Shown here: positions 9,218-18,891 of the stretch, one piece after another | How positions within the stretch are numbered: the stretch's first letter is position 1 | How the letters are laid out: each line of letters begins with the position of its first letter | Assembly: GCA_048060695.1 (NCBI GenBank) | Contig: JBGMQT010000006.1 | Span: 1-63,493, forward strand | DNA length: 63,493 nucleotides | Origin: Acidiferrobacterales bacterium | GTDB taxonomy: Bacteria; Pseudomonadota; Gammaproteobacteria; Acidiferrobacterales; JAJDNE01 | Direction of reading: 5' to 3' | Position numbers and translations under genes: made by a program | The notes under the pieces: model-generated | Seen by the model: only the letters and a program-made list of their open reading frames with translations | What the model was told of the DNA's origin: nothing | Databases searched by the model: none

Positions 9218-9337
9218 ATGGCAGAAAAATTTGATCGTGGTTCGGTACTGTCGATTTTCAGCAGTGACCGTATGGAAGATACCCTGGCGTTGGTATTTGC
9301 TCTGGTAATTGCCTTTGCCGTATATGTTACTAACTAA
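9218..9337 (+). CDS. Small single-pass membrane protein, 39 aa (not in ORF track)
   Basis: Strong RBS AGGAGG 7 nt before ATG; MAEKFDRGSVLSIFSSDRMEDTLALVFALVIAFAVYVTN; double TAA; 11 nt after the exporter stop. Confidence 0.8.
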   Translation: MAEKFDRGSVLSIFSSDRMEDTLALVFALVIAFAVYVTN

Positions 9338-9361
9338 TAACTATTTGTAAGTGATAACTGG

Positions 9362-9393
9362 CGGCGTCTGTAACAGGGCGCCGCTTTTCTTTT
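9362..9393 (+). terminator. Rho-independent terminator/attenuator within the operon
   Basis: GCGGCGTCTG-taa-CAGGGCGCCGC followed by TTTTCTTTT. Confidence 0.7.
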
Positions 9394-9409
9394 CAATAAG
9401 TGGTGAGTT

Positions 9410-9877
9410 ATGCAATCCGCAAATAATATTCTACTGGCCAGCCATGGAACGGAGGGTGCACAGGCAGCAGAGCAGGAGGCGATCAAGCTGTGTAAGAAAG
9501 GGGGTCATTTGCACCACCTGATCGTGGTCCCCAAGGCCCTGTGGCAGGGCATGACAGGCGATGATTGGCTAAACAATGGTTCAACCCGAAATACCTTTCG
9601 TCGCTATCTGGAGGAACAACTAACCCAGGAAGTAGAAGAACACAAAAGCCGGGTCAGCGAAGCGGCGACAACCAATAATCTGAACTACACCGCCGAAGTG
9701 ATTGTTGGTGAGCCGGAAAAAGAATTAATTAAAGTTAGCCGGAAAGAGGCCTACGATATTGTGATCATGGGATCTTCACGCCCCAAAGGCAAAACAGGGC
9801 TGCGTTCCCGTATGCTCACCAAATCTATCCGGGAATTATCGGTCCCGTTACTGATTGTTCCCTACCCGGATGAATGA
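9410..9877 (+). CDS. Universal stress protein (USP)
   Basis: NILLASHGT start, GEPEKELI, DIVIMGS, C-terminal VPLLIVP. Confidence 0.88.
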   Translation: MQSANNILLASHGTEGAQAAEQEAIKLCKKGGHLHHLIVVPKALWQGMTGDDWLNNGSTRNTFRRYLEEQLTQEVEEHKSRVSEAATTNNLNYTAEVIVGEPEKELIKVSRKEAYDIVIMGSSRPKGKTGLRSRMLTKSIRELSVPLLIVPYPDE

Positions 9878-10481
9878 CATGACCACGCCCGACGTAGCGG
9901 AAGATTCGGCATGGGCGGCCGTGAATACGCCTCTTTCTGTAGAGCATCTGACTAAATTCTGTGGTGATGTGGAACGTCTGTTTCGCATAAATCCGATGCT
10001 CGATTTTACATCGTTCGAATCTCTGGGGAACAACCGATACGCCATGTGTGGTCAAAATATCAGTCAGGAACCACCATTTGAATTTGATGTGGCCTTCAAG
10101 GTGACAAAGCTGAATGATGGTCTGAAAATTGACTATGAAGATGGTATTAAATCCAGCACCAGCATAAAAATCGAACCCTCCGAATTTGGCTCCAAAATTA
10201 CCCTCACTGACGCGTACGAACGGTTAACCGTGGATCAACGAGAGCAGCGTATGGGCGAAGTAGATAAAAGCCTTAATACCTGGGCGAATTATCTACAGCG
10301 TTTTCTGATCATGTGGAAACGCTGGAGGTATATTCCTCCCTGGCGGTGGTATATGCACTACGTCTGGCAACCCATGAAACCCATGGGCCGACGTATCACC
10401 TATATATTGTTGTGGGTTACCGTGGCGGAAATCGCGCTGATTTCTCTGGGTGTGGCGATCTGGTTCGCCGAATTCAGGTAA
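9870..10481 (+). CDS. Hypothetical protein with C-terminal TM helix
   Basis: ATG 9870 overlaps the USP stop; soluble N-domain, Trp/Arg-rich stretch, C-terminal hydrophobic helix. Confidence 0.8.
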   Translation: MNDMTTPDVAEDSAWAAVNTPLSVEHLTKFCGDVERLFRINPMLDFTSFESLGNNRYAMCGQNISQEPPFEFDVAFKVTKLNDGLKIDYEDGIKSSTSIKIEPSEFGSKITLTDAYERLTVDQREQRMGEVDKSLNTWANYLQRFLIMWKRWRYIPPWRWYMHYVWQPMKPMGRRITYILLWVTVAEIALISLGVAIWFAEFR

Positions 10482-10556
10482 CACAATCAATAGCGTTCTA
10501 TTGCTACTTGCAACAAGTGATGCCCTTGAAATTGGACCTTTGTTACAGGACCGGCG

Positions 10557-11219
10557 CTATTCAATGAGGTGTCGCGTGGTCGGCTTTTTGCGAATACAGA
10601 CCGACAGAAAACCTCCCCAGAGAGCTTTGCCGGGCATAACGGTCTCGATCGTCCGGGCGATGCATCCCGTCCATGGGAGAAATATCGCGGTCCCATGGCT
10701 GACACCGGCAGTGCCCGGTTTGAGACAGGACAGGATTTTTGAGACGTCGCCAATCCTGTCCCAGCGTGCGCCAATGTAACTTCCGTGATTGTCTTTCTGT
10801 TTGAATAACAGGCTATTCCTGTTAAGCAGTCCGAGCACTATTGCCTTGCGGCTTACCCGCCACATCTCGTCAATCGCTTTTTCGAACTGTTCTATAAAAC
10901 ACAGGCTTGTTATTGCAACACAATAGTCAAAACTGCCGTCCGCAAATGGTAGCGCCTCAGCACCGCTCTCCAGGTAGACGATGGGCCCGCCCTGCTGACG
11001 TGCAAATTTGATCGCCCCGGTGTCCAGGTCCAGACCTGTGACCTGAAGCCCAAGTGCCGCGAACCGACGGCTGAAGTGACCCGTGCCACAACCAACGTCC
11101 AGCAAGGTCGAGGCCGGTTGTGGCCGCAGCTGCCTGATCACTAGCCGAAATTCAGCGTTACTGATCCAGACTCCACGTGGAGTCTGGTACCAGGCGTCGT
11201 ATTCCGCAGGGGCCAGCAT
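10557..11219 (-). CDS. Class I SAM-dependent methyltransferase
   Basis: LLDVGCGTG, LPFADGSFD motifs. Confidence 0.9.
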   Translation of the reverse strand: MLAPAEYDAWYQTPRGVWISNAEFRLVIRQLRPQPASTLLDVGCGTGHFSRRFAALGLQVTGLDLDTGAIKFARQQGGPIVYLESGAEALPFADGSFDYCVAITSLCFIEQFEKAIDEMWRVSRKAIVLGLLNRNSLLFKQKDNHGSYIGARWDRIGDVSKILSCLKPGTAGVSHGTAIFLPWTGCIARTIETVMPGKALWGGFLSVCIRKKPTTRHLIE

Positions 11220-11265
11220 TCCCGAAGAATACCCGGGATAGAAAGGTAAAGGGAGCAGTAAGAAC

Positions 11266-11907
11266 TCAGGGGGCCAGGCGTCTTATCTGCCACTCTCCGT
11301 CGAGGCTTTTACGTGAATATTCGAACCGGTCGTGCAGACGATTGTCTCGACCCTGCCAGAATTCGATGGTGTCCGGTTTTACGCGATAACCACCCCAGAA
11401 TTCCGGCAGCGGTACTTCTCCTTTGGAGAATTTTTGTTTCATCTGTTCAAAACCGGATTCGAGCATCGACCGCGAATTTACTACCTCACTCTGGGCGGAT
11501 GCCCAGGCCCCTATCTGGCTGCCACGCGGTCGGGTGACAAAGTATTTCAGTGATTCCGCAACTGGCACTTTCTCGGCCGTGCCGGTAATCTTGATCTGTC
11601 GGGCCAGTGGCACCCACGCGAACAACAGCGAAACTTTCGGGTTGATCGTTATCTGTCTGGCCTTTTGACTACCGTAATTGGTATAGAAAACGAAACCCTG
11701 TTCGTCAAACGTCTTTAATAGCACCGTCCGCAGGCTCGGCTGGCCTTCACCGTCGACCGTGGCCAGACTCATGGCGCCAGGCTCGAAGTAACCGGATCCG
11801 GCCACCTGTCGATACCAGGTGTCAAACTGATGAAACGGGTCTGGATCAAGACCCGCCCGTGACAGGCCCTGTTGGCTAAACTGTCGGCGTAGTTTTTCCA
11901 GTTTCAT
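11266..11907 (-). CDS. pdxH: Pyridoxamine 5'-phosphate oxidase
   Basis: RTVLLK, FYTNYGSQK, RPRGSQIGAWAS, EFWQGRDNRLHDR, RLAP. Confidence 0.96.
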   Translation of the reverse strand: MKLEKLRRQFSQQGLSRAGLDPDPFHQFDTWYRQVAGSGYFEPGAMSLATVDGEGQPSLRTVLLKTFDEQGFVFYTNYGSQKARQITINPKVSLLFAWVPLARQIKITGTAEKVPVAESLKYFVTRPRGSQIGAWASAQSEVVNSRSMLESGFEQMKQKFSKGEVPLPEFWGGYRVKPDTIEFWQGRDNRLHDRFEYSRKSLDGEWQIRRLAP

Positions 11908-11970
11908 TTAAAAAATATAGGTGAAAAATATGGATCTATCAGGTCTGCAAAAAAATATTTACAACTACTC

Positions 11971-12633
11971 CTAGTGCACGCGAGCCAGCGTCAAGCCATC
12001 GCCTATGGGCACCAGGCTTAAATCAACTCGCTGATCTCGTTTTAATTGTTCATTGAATTCACGAATCGCAACGGTATCCTCTTTCTGATTTTCGGGGTCG
12101 ACCACATCGCCGCCCCACAGCACGTTATCCACAGCGATCAGACCACCGGTACGTATCAGTTGAAGACAGCGTTCATAATAATTGGTCATGTTGACCTTGT
12201 CTGCGTCAATGAAGGCAAAATCAAACGTATTTTCATGCCCATCGGCAACCAGGGCATCGAGAGTCTCTAGCGCTGGCGCAAGTCGCAGATCAATCTTGTT
12301 GCTTGTACCAGCCTCTGTCCAGTAACGTTTGGCAATGTCGGTCCACTCTGTACTGGTATCGCAACATACGATTCTGCCATCTTTCGGCAGGGCTTGTGCC
12401 ATCACCAGTGCGCTGTAACCGGTGAAGGTGCCGATTTCGATAACACGGTGGGCATTGATCAATTTTATCAGCAGTGCCATGAACTGGCCCTGGTCAGCCG
12501 AAATCTGCATGGCGGCGGCTTCCAGCCCGTCCGTCTCCTCGCGCAACTGTTTTAGTAGTGGTGTCTCGCGCAACGAAACAGATAACAAGTAATCATAAAG
12601 CCTGTCGTTTAGCGGAAGTGTTTTTTTACTCAC
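11971..12633 (-). CDS. CCoAOMT-like O-methyltransferase (Methyltransf_3)
   Basis: EIGTFTGYS, FDFAFIDADK, DNVLWGG, IGDGLTLA. Confidence 0.92.
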   Translation of the reverse strand: MSKKTLPLNDRLYDYLLSVSLRETPLLKQLREETDGLEAAAMQISADQGQFMALLIKLINAHRVIEIGTFTGYSALVMAQALPKDGRIVCCDTSTEWTDIAKRYWTEAGTSNKIDLRLAPALETLDALVADGHENTFDFAFIDADKVNMTNYYERCLQLIRTGGLIAVDNVLWGGDVVDPENQKEDTVAIREFNEQLKRDQRVDLSLVPIGDGLTLARVH

Positions 12634-12646
12634 AACCAGTCTCTAC

Positions 12647-13165
12647 TTAAGAGGGATCGACCGTATCAGTTGACCACGGCGATAGTCGTGGTAACCATCT
12701 GGGCACATGGTTTTTGTAATTCAAATAGTCAGCCCCAAATCTGGCTTCCAGTCCTTTTTCCTCAAAGAGTGGAAAGTAGATGGCATTCGCCAGAAAGAAC
12801 ACGACCATCCAGATCAAAAGTGGCCATGAAAGAAAATAGATGGCCTCGGCAGAGAGAGTAACCAGTACGCTGGTTATCATCGGATTACGTACATAACGAT
12901 AAGGCCCTCGTATGACCAGTTTTTTTGGTGGATTCCAGGGTGCGGGCGTGCCATCACCCTTCTTGAGAAACAGTCTGGCGGTCCAGATGCTCAAACCAAG
13001 ACCGGGAACCAACAGAATTATCGCCAACCAGAACCGGGGTTCCATTGGCACAGCGACCTGACCGCCATACTGGCTGTTCGTTGTTATCCACAAAACTAGC
13101 GCCGGGATCACCACCAGCACATTGCCGGGAAGTATCAGAATGGCGCCCAACATACTCCAGTTCAT
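12647..13165 (-). CDS. Isoprenylcysteine carboxylmethyltransferase/PEMT-family membrane protein
   Basis: GTPAPWNPPKKLVIRGPYRYVRNPM, EEKGLEARFG, VPRW. Confidence 0.9.
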   Translation of the reverse strand: MNWSMLGAILILPGNVLVVIPALVLWITTNSQYGGQVAVPMEPRFWLAIILLVPGLGLSIWTARLFLKKGDGTPAPWNPPKKLVIRGPYRYVRNPMITSVLVTLSAEAIYFLSWPLLIWMVVFFLANAIYFPLFEEKGLEARFGADYLNYKNHVPRWLPRLSPWSTDTVDPS

Positions 13166-13368
13166 ATAATTGCCCGGAACACTGATTCAAGACGATACCG
13201 GTCTCACCATACACATTTTCCACTACTGCAGATAGATTATTCTCATAAACCACCTGGAACACGCGTGTGACTGACACTTCGCCGACGATACAAACTATCC
13301 ATGTTGCGGATAGAGTTTCACTGGTAACGAGTCGCGACACTAATCAAACATTTGGTATGATAAACGGT

Positions 13369-14892
13369 ATGCGAATAACAAAGAAGACTCTATTAGTCAG
13401 TTCCGCAGCAGCGCTGGTCCTGCTAGTGGTGTTGGCCGGTTTGATTGTCCGTAGTATCGACCTCGCACCTTATAAATCCGAAATTGAGGCAGCCGCACTG
13501 AAATCAGGATTGCGTTTACGAATTGATGGAGACGCGAATCTGTCACTCATTCCGCTGCCTGGAATTGAGGTCAACGACGTATATATCGAACTTGGCCACA
13601 AGAATCGTTTAGCCATGGAGGCATTCCATATCCAATTTGCGATTTTGCCACTGTTCGAAAAAGAGTTTCGTATTACAAAATTCCTGTTGAAAAGACCCGT
13701 TGCTGAATTGACACAAGTATCCATGTCTTTTCCAAAAAGCGGGCCTTCCGCGGCTGGCAATAAGCAGGCATCGACAGCCTTCAGAGTAACTGCGGCCAAA
13801 GACGCAAGTATCGTTATCCGTAACGGTGAGATTATATTCAAAGAAATCGGTTCGCCTCTATATATTGAGGCGAAAGATGTAGCAATAAATATGTGGTTTC
13901 GGTCCAGCGGGAACACCAATAGTGAAGCGATTGATCTTAACGAATTGCGAGGTGCGGGCAGATTGTCTGCCGGAGTAGTTCGGGGAAAGCGAGCAGTGGC
14001 GGAGAACGTCAAAGCCAGAATTAAATTCGAGAGAGGCGGACTGAAAATCAGTAATATCACCGGCACACTCTTTGGCGGCAATTTATCGGCGAATATTGGC
14101 CTGAAAGATATGGCATCGACATTATCAGGATTTCTAGACCTGCAGCTGACAGATATCGATATTGCCAGATCGACTGTCAGTCTGGAAAATTCCCGACTGA
14201 CTGATGGCAAGCTGGCACTAGGTTCCAGACTGAAGTGGAAGGGCACGAAACTCCAGACGATATTGCGCTCGCTTGAAGGCGACATAAACATGAAAGGCGA
14301 AAATCTGCGGCTGCGCGAGCTTGATATTGACAAGGCACTCGAACGTATTGAAAAGGCAAAACGTCTCAATTTGACTGACCTCGGAGCATTATTTTACCTT
14401 GGTCCACTTGGGGCGGTGGCGACAAAGGGTTACCAATACTCTGAGCTGCTAAAAACCCGCGACAGTCAACCCGGTACAATTACCTACCTTATATCTAACT
14501 GGAATATCAAAGATGGCCGGGCAACCGTGAGCGATGTTGCGCTGACAACGCCAAACAACAGAATAGCGCTAAAGGGCAGTGTCAATTTTGTTGAATCTAG
14601 ATTTGAAAATCTGGCATTTAGTGTCGTCGATGAAAACGGCTGCGGCATCATGGCCCAACAGCTTAACGGCTCATTTACGAAACCAAAGCCAAGCGACGTG
14701 CGCAGCATAAGGTCAATCGGACGACCTTTTCGCGATGCATTGCGCGAGCCGATCAAGAAATTGACGGGAACGGATTGTACGGTTTTTTATACCGGCAGTC
14801 TGGTGCACCCTGACGCAGATAAACCACCGCAAAAAAAATCACTGATCTCGGGCACGCTGCAATCAATAGGTATTTCAACAGGGGATGACTAG
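13369..14892 (+). CDS. AsmA family protein
   Basis: N-terminal anchor, IDLAPYKSEIE, beta-rich body, C-terminal LNGSFTKP; likely ATG 13369. Confidence 0.8.
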   Translation: MRITKKTLLVSSAAALVLLVVLAGLIVRSIDLAPYKSEIEAAALKSGLRLRIDGDANLSLIPLPGIEVNDVYIELGHKNRLAMEAFHIQFAILPLFEKEFRITKFLLKRPVAELTQVSMSFPKSGPSAAGNKQASTAFRVTAAKDASIVIRNGEIIFKEIGSPLYIEAKDVAINMWFRSSGNTNSEAIDLNELRGAGRLSAGVVRGKRAVAENVKARIKFERGGLKISNITGTLFGGNLSANIGLKDMASTLSGFLDLQLTDIDIARSTVSLENSRLTDGKLALGSRLKWKGTKLQTILRSLEGDINMKGENLRLRELDIDKALERIEKAKRLNLTDLGALFYLGPLGAVATKGYQYSELLKTRDSQPGTITYLISNWNIKDGRATVSDVALTTPNNRIALKGSVNFVESRFENLAFSVVDENGCGIMAQQLNGSFTKPKPSDVRSIRSIGRPFRDALREPIKKLTGTDCTVFYTGSLVHPDADKPPQKKSLISGTLQSIGISTGDD

Positions 14893-14924
14893 TGTAGAAC
14901 GAGTTGTGCCACTTATCGAATATG

Positions 14925-15254
14925 CTATTTCGGTGGTAACGATAGTGCATAGTCCAATCCACGCCCTACCCAGTACGTTAGATCGCTATCTGCCTCGAAT
15001 CCCTTCTGATCGATGTAGACAAAACCCTTGAGCGGTTTACCGGTAAAATCCATCGGGCGAGCGTGTGGTTGCGACAACGCGTCTTGGTAATTGTCCGGGC
15101 CCACACGCACCATCAGGTCGGAGTGGACTACCCCGACGCTCATGTGACCATTGACCATAAATGCCAGGCCACCGAACATTTTCTTCTCTACCATTCCCGG
15201 TTGATCCATAAGGGTCTCACGGATTCGTTGTGACAATCCCTCATCGTATGCCAT
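14925..15254 (-). CDS. TfoX/Sxy N-terminal domain protein
   Basis: MAYDEGL...EKKMFGGLAFMVNGHM...MDFTGKPLKGFV; RBS GGAG. Confidence 0.88.
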   Translation of the reverse strand: MAYDEGLSQRIRETLMDQPGMVEKKMFGGLAFMVNGHMSVGVVHSDLMVRVGPDNYQDALSQPHARPMDFTGKPLKGFVYIDQKGFEADSDLTYWVGRGLDYALSLPPK

Positions 15255-15488
15255 ATAACGCTCCCCTTGATTATAAAAAACGAATATCTGACCAGTGTCT
15301 GATCAAAATCATCCAGGTTATTATTCTATCTGTCGTGAACGCGCCATAAACAACACTGTAATTGTGTTTATTCCGAAGCGCCCGCTTACGGGATTTTACT
15401 CTTACCCAAACCATTGCCGCATTACGTCCATTCATGCCACTTGTCCGATGACCCACTACTTGCGTCCAGCAGAAAGGGAAAAACCCGG

Positions 15489-15971
15489 ATGAGTTTCTAT
15501 ACTGTGAATCAGGGGGAGGCGCGCGCTGGAGATGGCAATGGTGATTTTATGTCCGACACGCTCAGATTACTAAACCAGGCAATTATCGAAAAACGTTGTG
15601 TCGCAGTACGATACGGCGGTCGGCACCAGGTCTGGATTGTCGAACCGCATGTCATTTATACTGATCGTGACGACAATATTGTTATCGATTGTTACCAGAT
15701 GAGCAAGATTACGGCCCGCGCCGAAAAAAGGGGCTACTGGCGTACATTGTTATGGCGCAATCTGGACTCGGCATATTTACTCAATTCCGGATTCAACGTG
15801 CGGTTGAAAGAAGGTTTTGAGCTTACCAAACCGGAATACTTGAGTGGACTGGTTGCCATGGTAACGGTTGGTGCTGCCCGTTCAGGCGCCACACAGACAT
15901 TGTGGGATCGCGTAGGGTCTTCAATCGATCGCATCTTGTCGGAAGACGCACAGATAGCGAAGAAGCACTAA
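15489..15971 (+). CDS. Stand-alone WYL-like domain protein
   Basis: AIIEKRCVAVRY...VEPH...DCYQ...YWRTL resembles the WYL fold; no HTH; start uncertain (15489 or 15549). Confidence 0.6.
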   Translation: MSFYTVNQGEARAGDGNGDFMSDTLRLLNQAIIEKRCVAVRYGGRHQVWIVEPHVIYTDRDDNIVIDCYQMSKITARAEKRGYWRTLLWRNLDSAYLLNSGFNVRLKEGFELTKPEYLSGLVAMVTVGAARSGATQTLWDRVGSSIDRILSEDAQIAKKH

Positions 15972-15974
15972 GAC

Positions 15975-16241
15975 CTAATTTCCATTTTCCTTTTTAACGC
16001 AGGACGGCGCGTCTTGATGGGCTAATTTTGCCAACAGGCAATTAATCTTTTGCGCCAATTTCTCACCGACCATGATGGCAGAAAACATAAAGACAACAGT
16101 CGCCCCGATGGCAACGCCGGTATTGTTTAGTGTTAAGAAATCGCGAACCAGAAAAAACACGCCAATGGTGCCGTCAATGATGAAACCCCAGGTGAAGATA
16201 AAGAAAATCAGTACACCTACAATCTTCCAGAACGGGCTCAC
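15975..16241 (-). CDS. Small hypothetical membrane protein
   Basis: 88 aa, two hydrophobic segments, GAGG RBS before GTG. Confidence 0.6.
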   Translation of the reverse strand: MSPFWKIVGVLIFFIFTWGFIIDGTIGVFFLVRDFLTLNNTGVAIGATVVFMFSAIMVGEKLAQKINCLLAKLAHQDAPSCVKKENGN

Positions 16242-16366
16242 TGGGTGCTACCTCAATATCATTAATTAGCATAAGAATTATACCTCTTTAGGGAGCTCGC
16301 ACAGGTGGCTTTTTGCCTGTCGATGGAATAGCCTCGACACGATAAACCGAGTCTGGAGTCAGGGTA

Positions 16367-17029
16367 ATGGAAGCAGCTGCGGTGCCTGTTATTACCTATT
16401 TTCCCATACGCGGTCGTGCGGAACCGATACGACTGATGCTGGAACAACTCGGTATCAAATACCGTGATAACCCGGTACACGTAGCTGACTGGCAAGCGCT
16501 GAAACCACAAATGCCTTTCGGTAAAGTCCCCATGTTTGAAGATGGCGAAACTACCATCCATGAAAGCCACGCCATCTACCGGTATCTTGCACGTAAATAT
16601 GACCTCTACGGGGACAGCGAAAGCGAACGTATCCAGTGCGACACACTGGAGCATGTTTTAGGCGATGCGGTGGAGGCCTTCGGACATCTTGTCTGGAGCC
16701 GCCATTTTGAGGAAAAGCGCCAAAACTTCATTGACGGGAAAGTACGCAATACGCTGAATAATCTAGAAATCTATTTAGCCAGAAGCAATCGAGACAAGCA
16801 TTGCTGGGTTGGTAACCGACTAACCTATATCGATTTCCTCGGTTGGACGTATCTGGATTGCATGCGCGCCCTTGCGGGAGACATTATCAACGACTATCCA
16901 TGCCTGGCCCACCTGAAGGAATCCTTTGAAAGTAAACCAAAGATTCAGGCTTATCTCCGGTCGGATCGTCGCCCCAAAACCATCACTGTCTCCATGGCGT
17001 CATTCGGTGGTACACCCGAAACCAGCTAG
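16367..17029 (+). CDS. Glutathione S-transferase, Tyr-type
   Basis: ITYFPIRGRAEPIRLML, PFGKVP, ESHAIYRYLARKYDLYG, LTYIDF. Confidence 0.92.
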   Translation: MEAAAVPVITYFPIRGRAEPIRLMLEQLGIKYRDNPVHVADWQALKPQMPFGKVPMFEDGETTIHESHAIYRYLARKYDLYGDSESERIQCDTLEHVLGDAVEAFGHLVWSRHFEEKRQNFIDGKVRNTLNNLEIYLARSNRDKHCWVGNRLTYIDFLGWTYLDCMRALAGDIINDYPCLAHLKESFESKPKIQAYLRSDRRPKTITVSMASFGGTPETS

Positions 17030-17104
17030 GCAGTAGTTACTATAACTTCAAAATCGAATGTCTGTTTACGACAATATAGGTCACTTTGTTCGCAAGAGAA
17101 GCGG

Positions 17105-17131
17105 GTTGGGCTAAACGTAGCGTAGCCCAAC
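17105..17131. repeat. REP-like hairpin between convergent GST and metW
   Basis: GTTGGGCTA-aacgtagcg-TAGCCCAAC, 9-bp perfect stem. Confidence 0.6.
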
Positions 17132-17137
17132 AAACAT

Positions 17138-17746
17138 TTATGCACGCCTGAACCGATAAAGAGCTATTTGGGCGAGCAAATTTGGAAGCATTCTTAGTCC
17201 CAACCCTGATTCATGATCTTGATCGACCGCACGGCGTTCAAGGATTTGGAACCCCAGTTGGTGGCACAAGTTTTCAAAGTCCTGAATTGTGCACAGGTGA
17301 ATGTTGGGCGTGTTGTACCAGGTATTGGGTAATGTCTTTGTGACTGGCATACGTCCACCCAGCGCTAGCTGAATTCGGCCTCGCCAATTACCAAAGTTGG
17401 GAAAGGTGACAATGCCTTCGGTGCCGACGCGCAGCATTTCACTTAGCAACAGATCCGGGCACTGCATTGCCTGCAGGGTCAATGACAGAATGACGTGATC
17501 AAACGAATTGTCTTCGAACTCGGACAGACCTTCATTCAAATCCATGTGGATGACATTGATACCGTTCTGGATCGAGCTGGTGATGTCGTCGTCATCAATT
17601 TCGAGACCGAAACCGCGCACCTGTTTCTGTTGCTGCAGGTAAGCCATCAGCGTGCCGTCACCACACCCGAGGTCGAGCACACTGCTGTCGGGTTTAACCC
17701 AGTCTGCAATAATGGAATAGTCGGCGCGTTCTAGCTGGATGCTCAT
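17138..17746 (-). CDS. metW: Methionine biosynthesis protein MetW
   Basis: [25 protein letters not shown]; overlaps the metX stop. Confidence 0.95.
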   Translation of the reverse strand: MSIQLERADYSIIADWVKPDSSVLDLGCGDGTLMAYLQQQKQVRGFGLEIDDDDITSSIQNGINVIHMDLNEGLSEFEDNSFDHVILSLTLQAMQCPDLLLSEMLRVGTEGIVTFPNFGNWRGRIQLALGGRMPVTKTLPNTWYNTPNIHLCTIQDFENLCHQLGFQILERRAVDQDHESGLGLRMLPNLLAQIALYRFRRA

Positions 17747-18891
17747 TCTCTCACCTCGCTGGCAACGCGTTCCATATAACTGCCGAAAACATCCAGGTAA
17801 TGTGGAATCTTCATAAGAAATGCATCGTGGCCTTGACTGGCCTTTATTTCGGCATAACTGACATTGAGACCGTTATCGTGAATGGCCTTGACGATCTCAC
17901 GTGAACGTACGGGTGCAAAGCGCCAATCACTGGTAAATGACACGACCAGAAAATCTGCGGTGGCTGTGGCCATGGCACGCGTCAGGTTGCCGCCGTGATC
18001 TGCTGCCGGGTCAAAGTAATCCAGCACCTTTGTTATCAGCAGGTAGGTATTGGCATCGAAGCCGCCAACAAAACTATCGGCCTGGTAGCGGAGATAACTT
18101 TCCACCTGAAACTCAACATCAAAATCAAAGTCTATTTTGTCGTCGCGTAGATCACGGCCGAATTTTTCGCGCATACTATCGTCGGAGAGATAGGTAATAT
18201 GTCCCAGCATGCGGGCGATACGCAAGCCGCGTGCCGGTACGGTATCAAAATCATAATAGCGTCCGTCATGAAACTCGGGATCAGTGCGTATAGCCTGACG
18301 TGCCACTTCGTTAAAGGCTATGTTCTGTGCCGTCAGCTTGGGGGACGCGGCGATAACCACCCCGTGAGCCAATCTGTCCGGGTAGTCGATCGCCCACTGC
18401 ATGACCTGCATGCCACCGAGACTGCCGCCAATGACTGCCGCCCATTTTTTGATCTCCAGTCTGTCCGCCAGTCGCGCCTGACTTTCCACCCAGTCTCTTA
18501 CCGTAACGAAGGGAAAATCCGGACCAAAGGCCTTGCCGGTCCTGGGGTCTGTGGAAGACGGGCCACTGGAACCAAAGCAGCCACCCAGATTGTTACAGCT
18601 GACCACATAAAATCGATTGGTATCGACTGATTTGCCGGGGCCGACGATATTCTCCCACCAGCCCGGTTTCCTGTCGTCCATGCTGTGATAACCGGCGACG
18701 TGGTGATTGCTGGATAGCGCGTGGCAGATCAGTATGGCATTGCTTTTGTCACTATTGAGTTTTCCATAGGTTTCGTAAACCAGATCGTAGGCATCAATAT
18801 TGCCACCACTAGTCAGCGACAATGGTTCGTCAAAGTGCGCGGTATGAGGTTTTACGATACCAACGCTATCAGCAGGAATCTCTTCAGGCAT
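17743..18891 (-). CDS. metX: Homoserine O-acyltransferase MetX
   Basis: [26 protein letters not shown]. Confidence 0.96.
   Translation of the reverse strand: MPEEIPADSVGIVKPHTAHFDEPLSLTSGGNIDAYDLVYETYGKLNSDKSNAILICHALSSNHHVAGYHSMDDRKPGWWENIVGPGKSVDTNRFYVVSCNNLGGCFGSSGPSSTDPRTGKAFGPDFPFVTVRDWVESQARLADRLEIKKWAAVIGGSLGGMQVMQWAIDYPDRLAHGVVIAASPKLTAQNIAFNEVARQAIRTDPEFHDGRYYDFDTVPARGLRIARMLGHITYLSDDSMREKFGRDLRDDKIDFDFDVEFQVESYLRYQADSFVGGFDANTYLLITKVLDYFDPAADHGGNLTRAMATATADFLVVSFTSDWRFAPVRSREIVKAIHDNGLNVSYAEIKASQGHDAFLMKIPHYLDVFGSYMERVASEVRE

Noticed and set aside
13470-14369. 299-aa antisense ORF
   Set aside because: Shadow of the AsmA gene; Ser/Arg-rich, no motifs.
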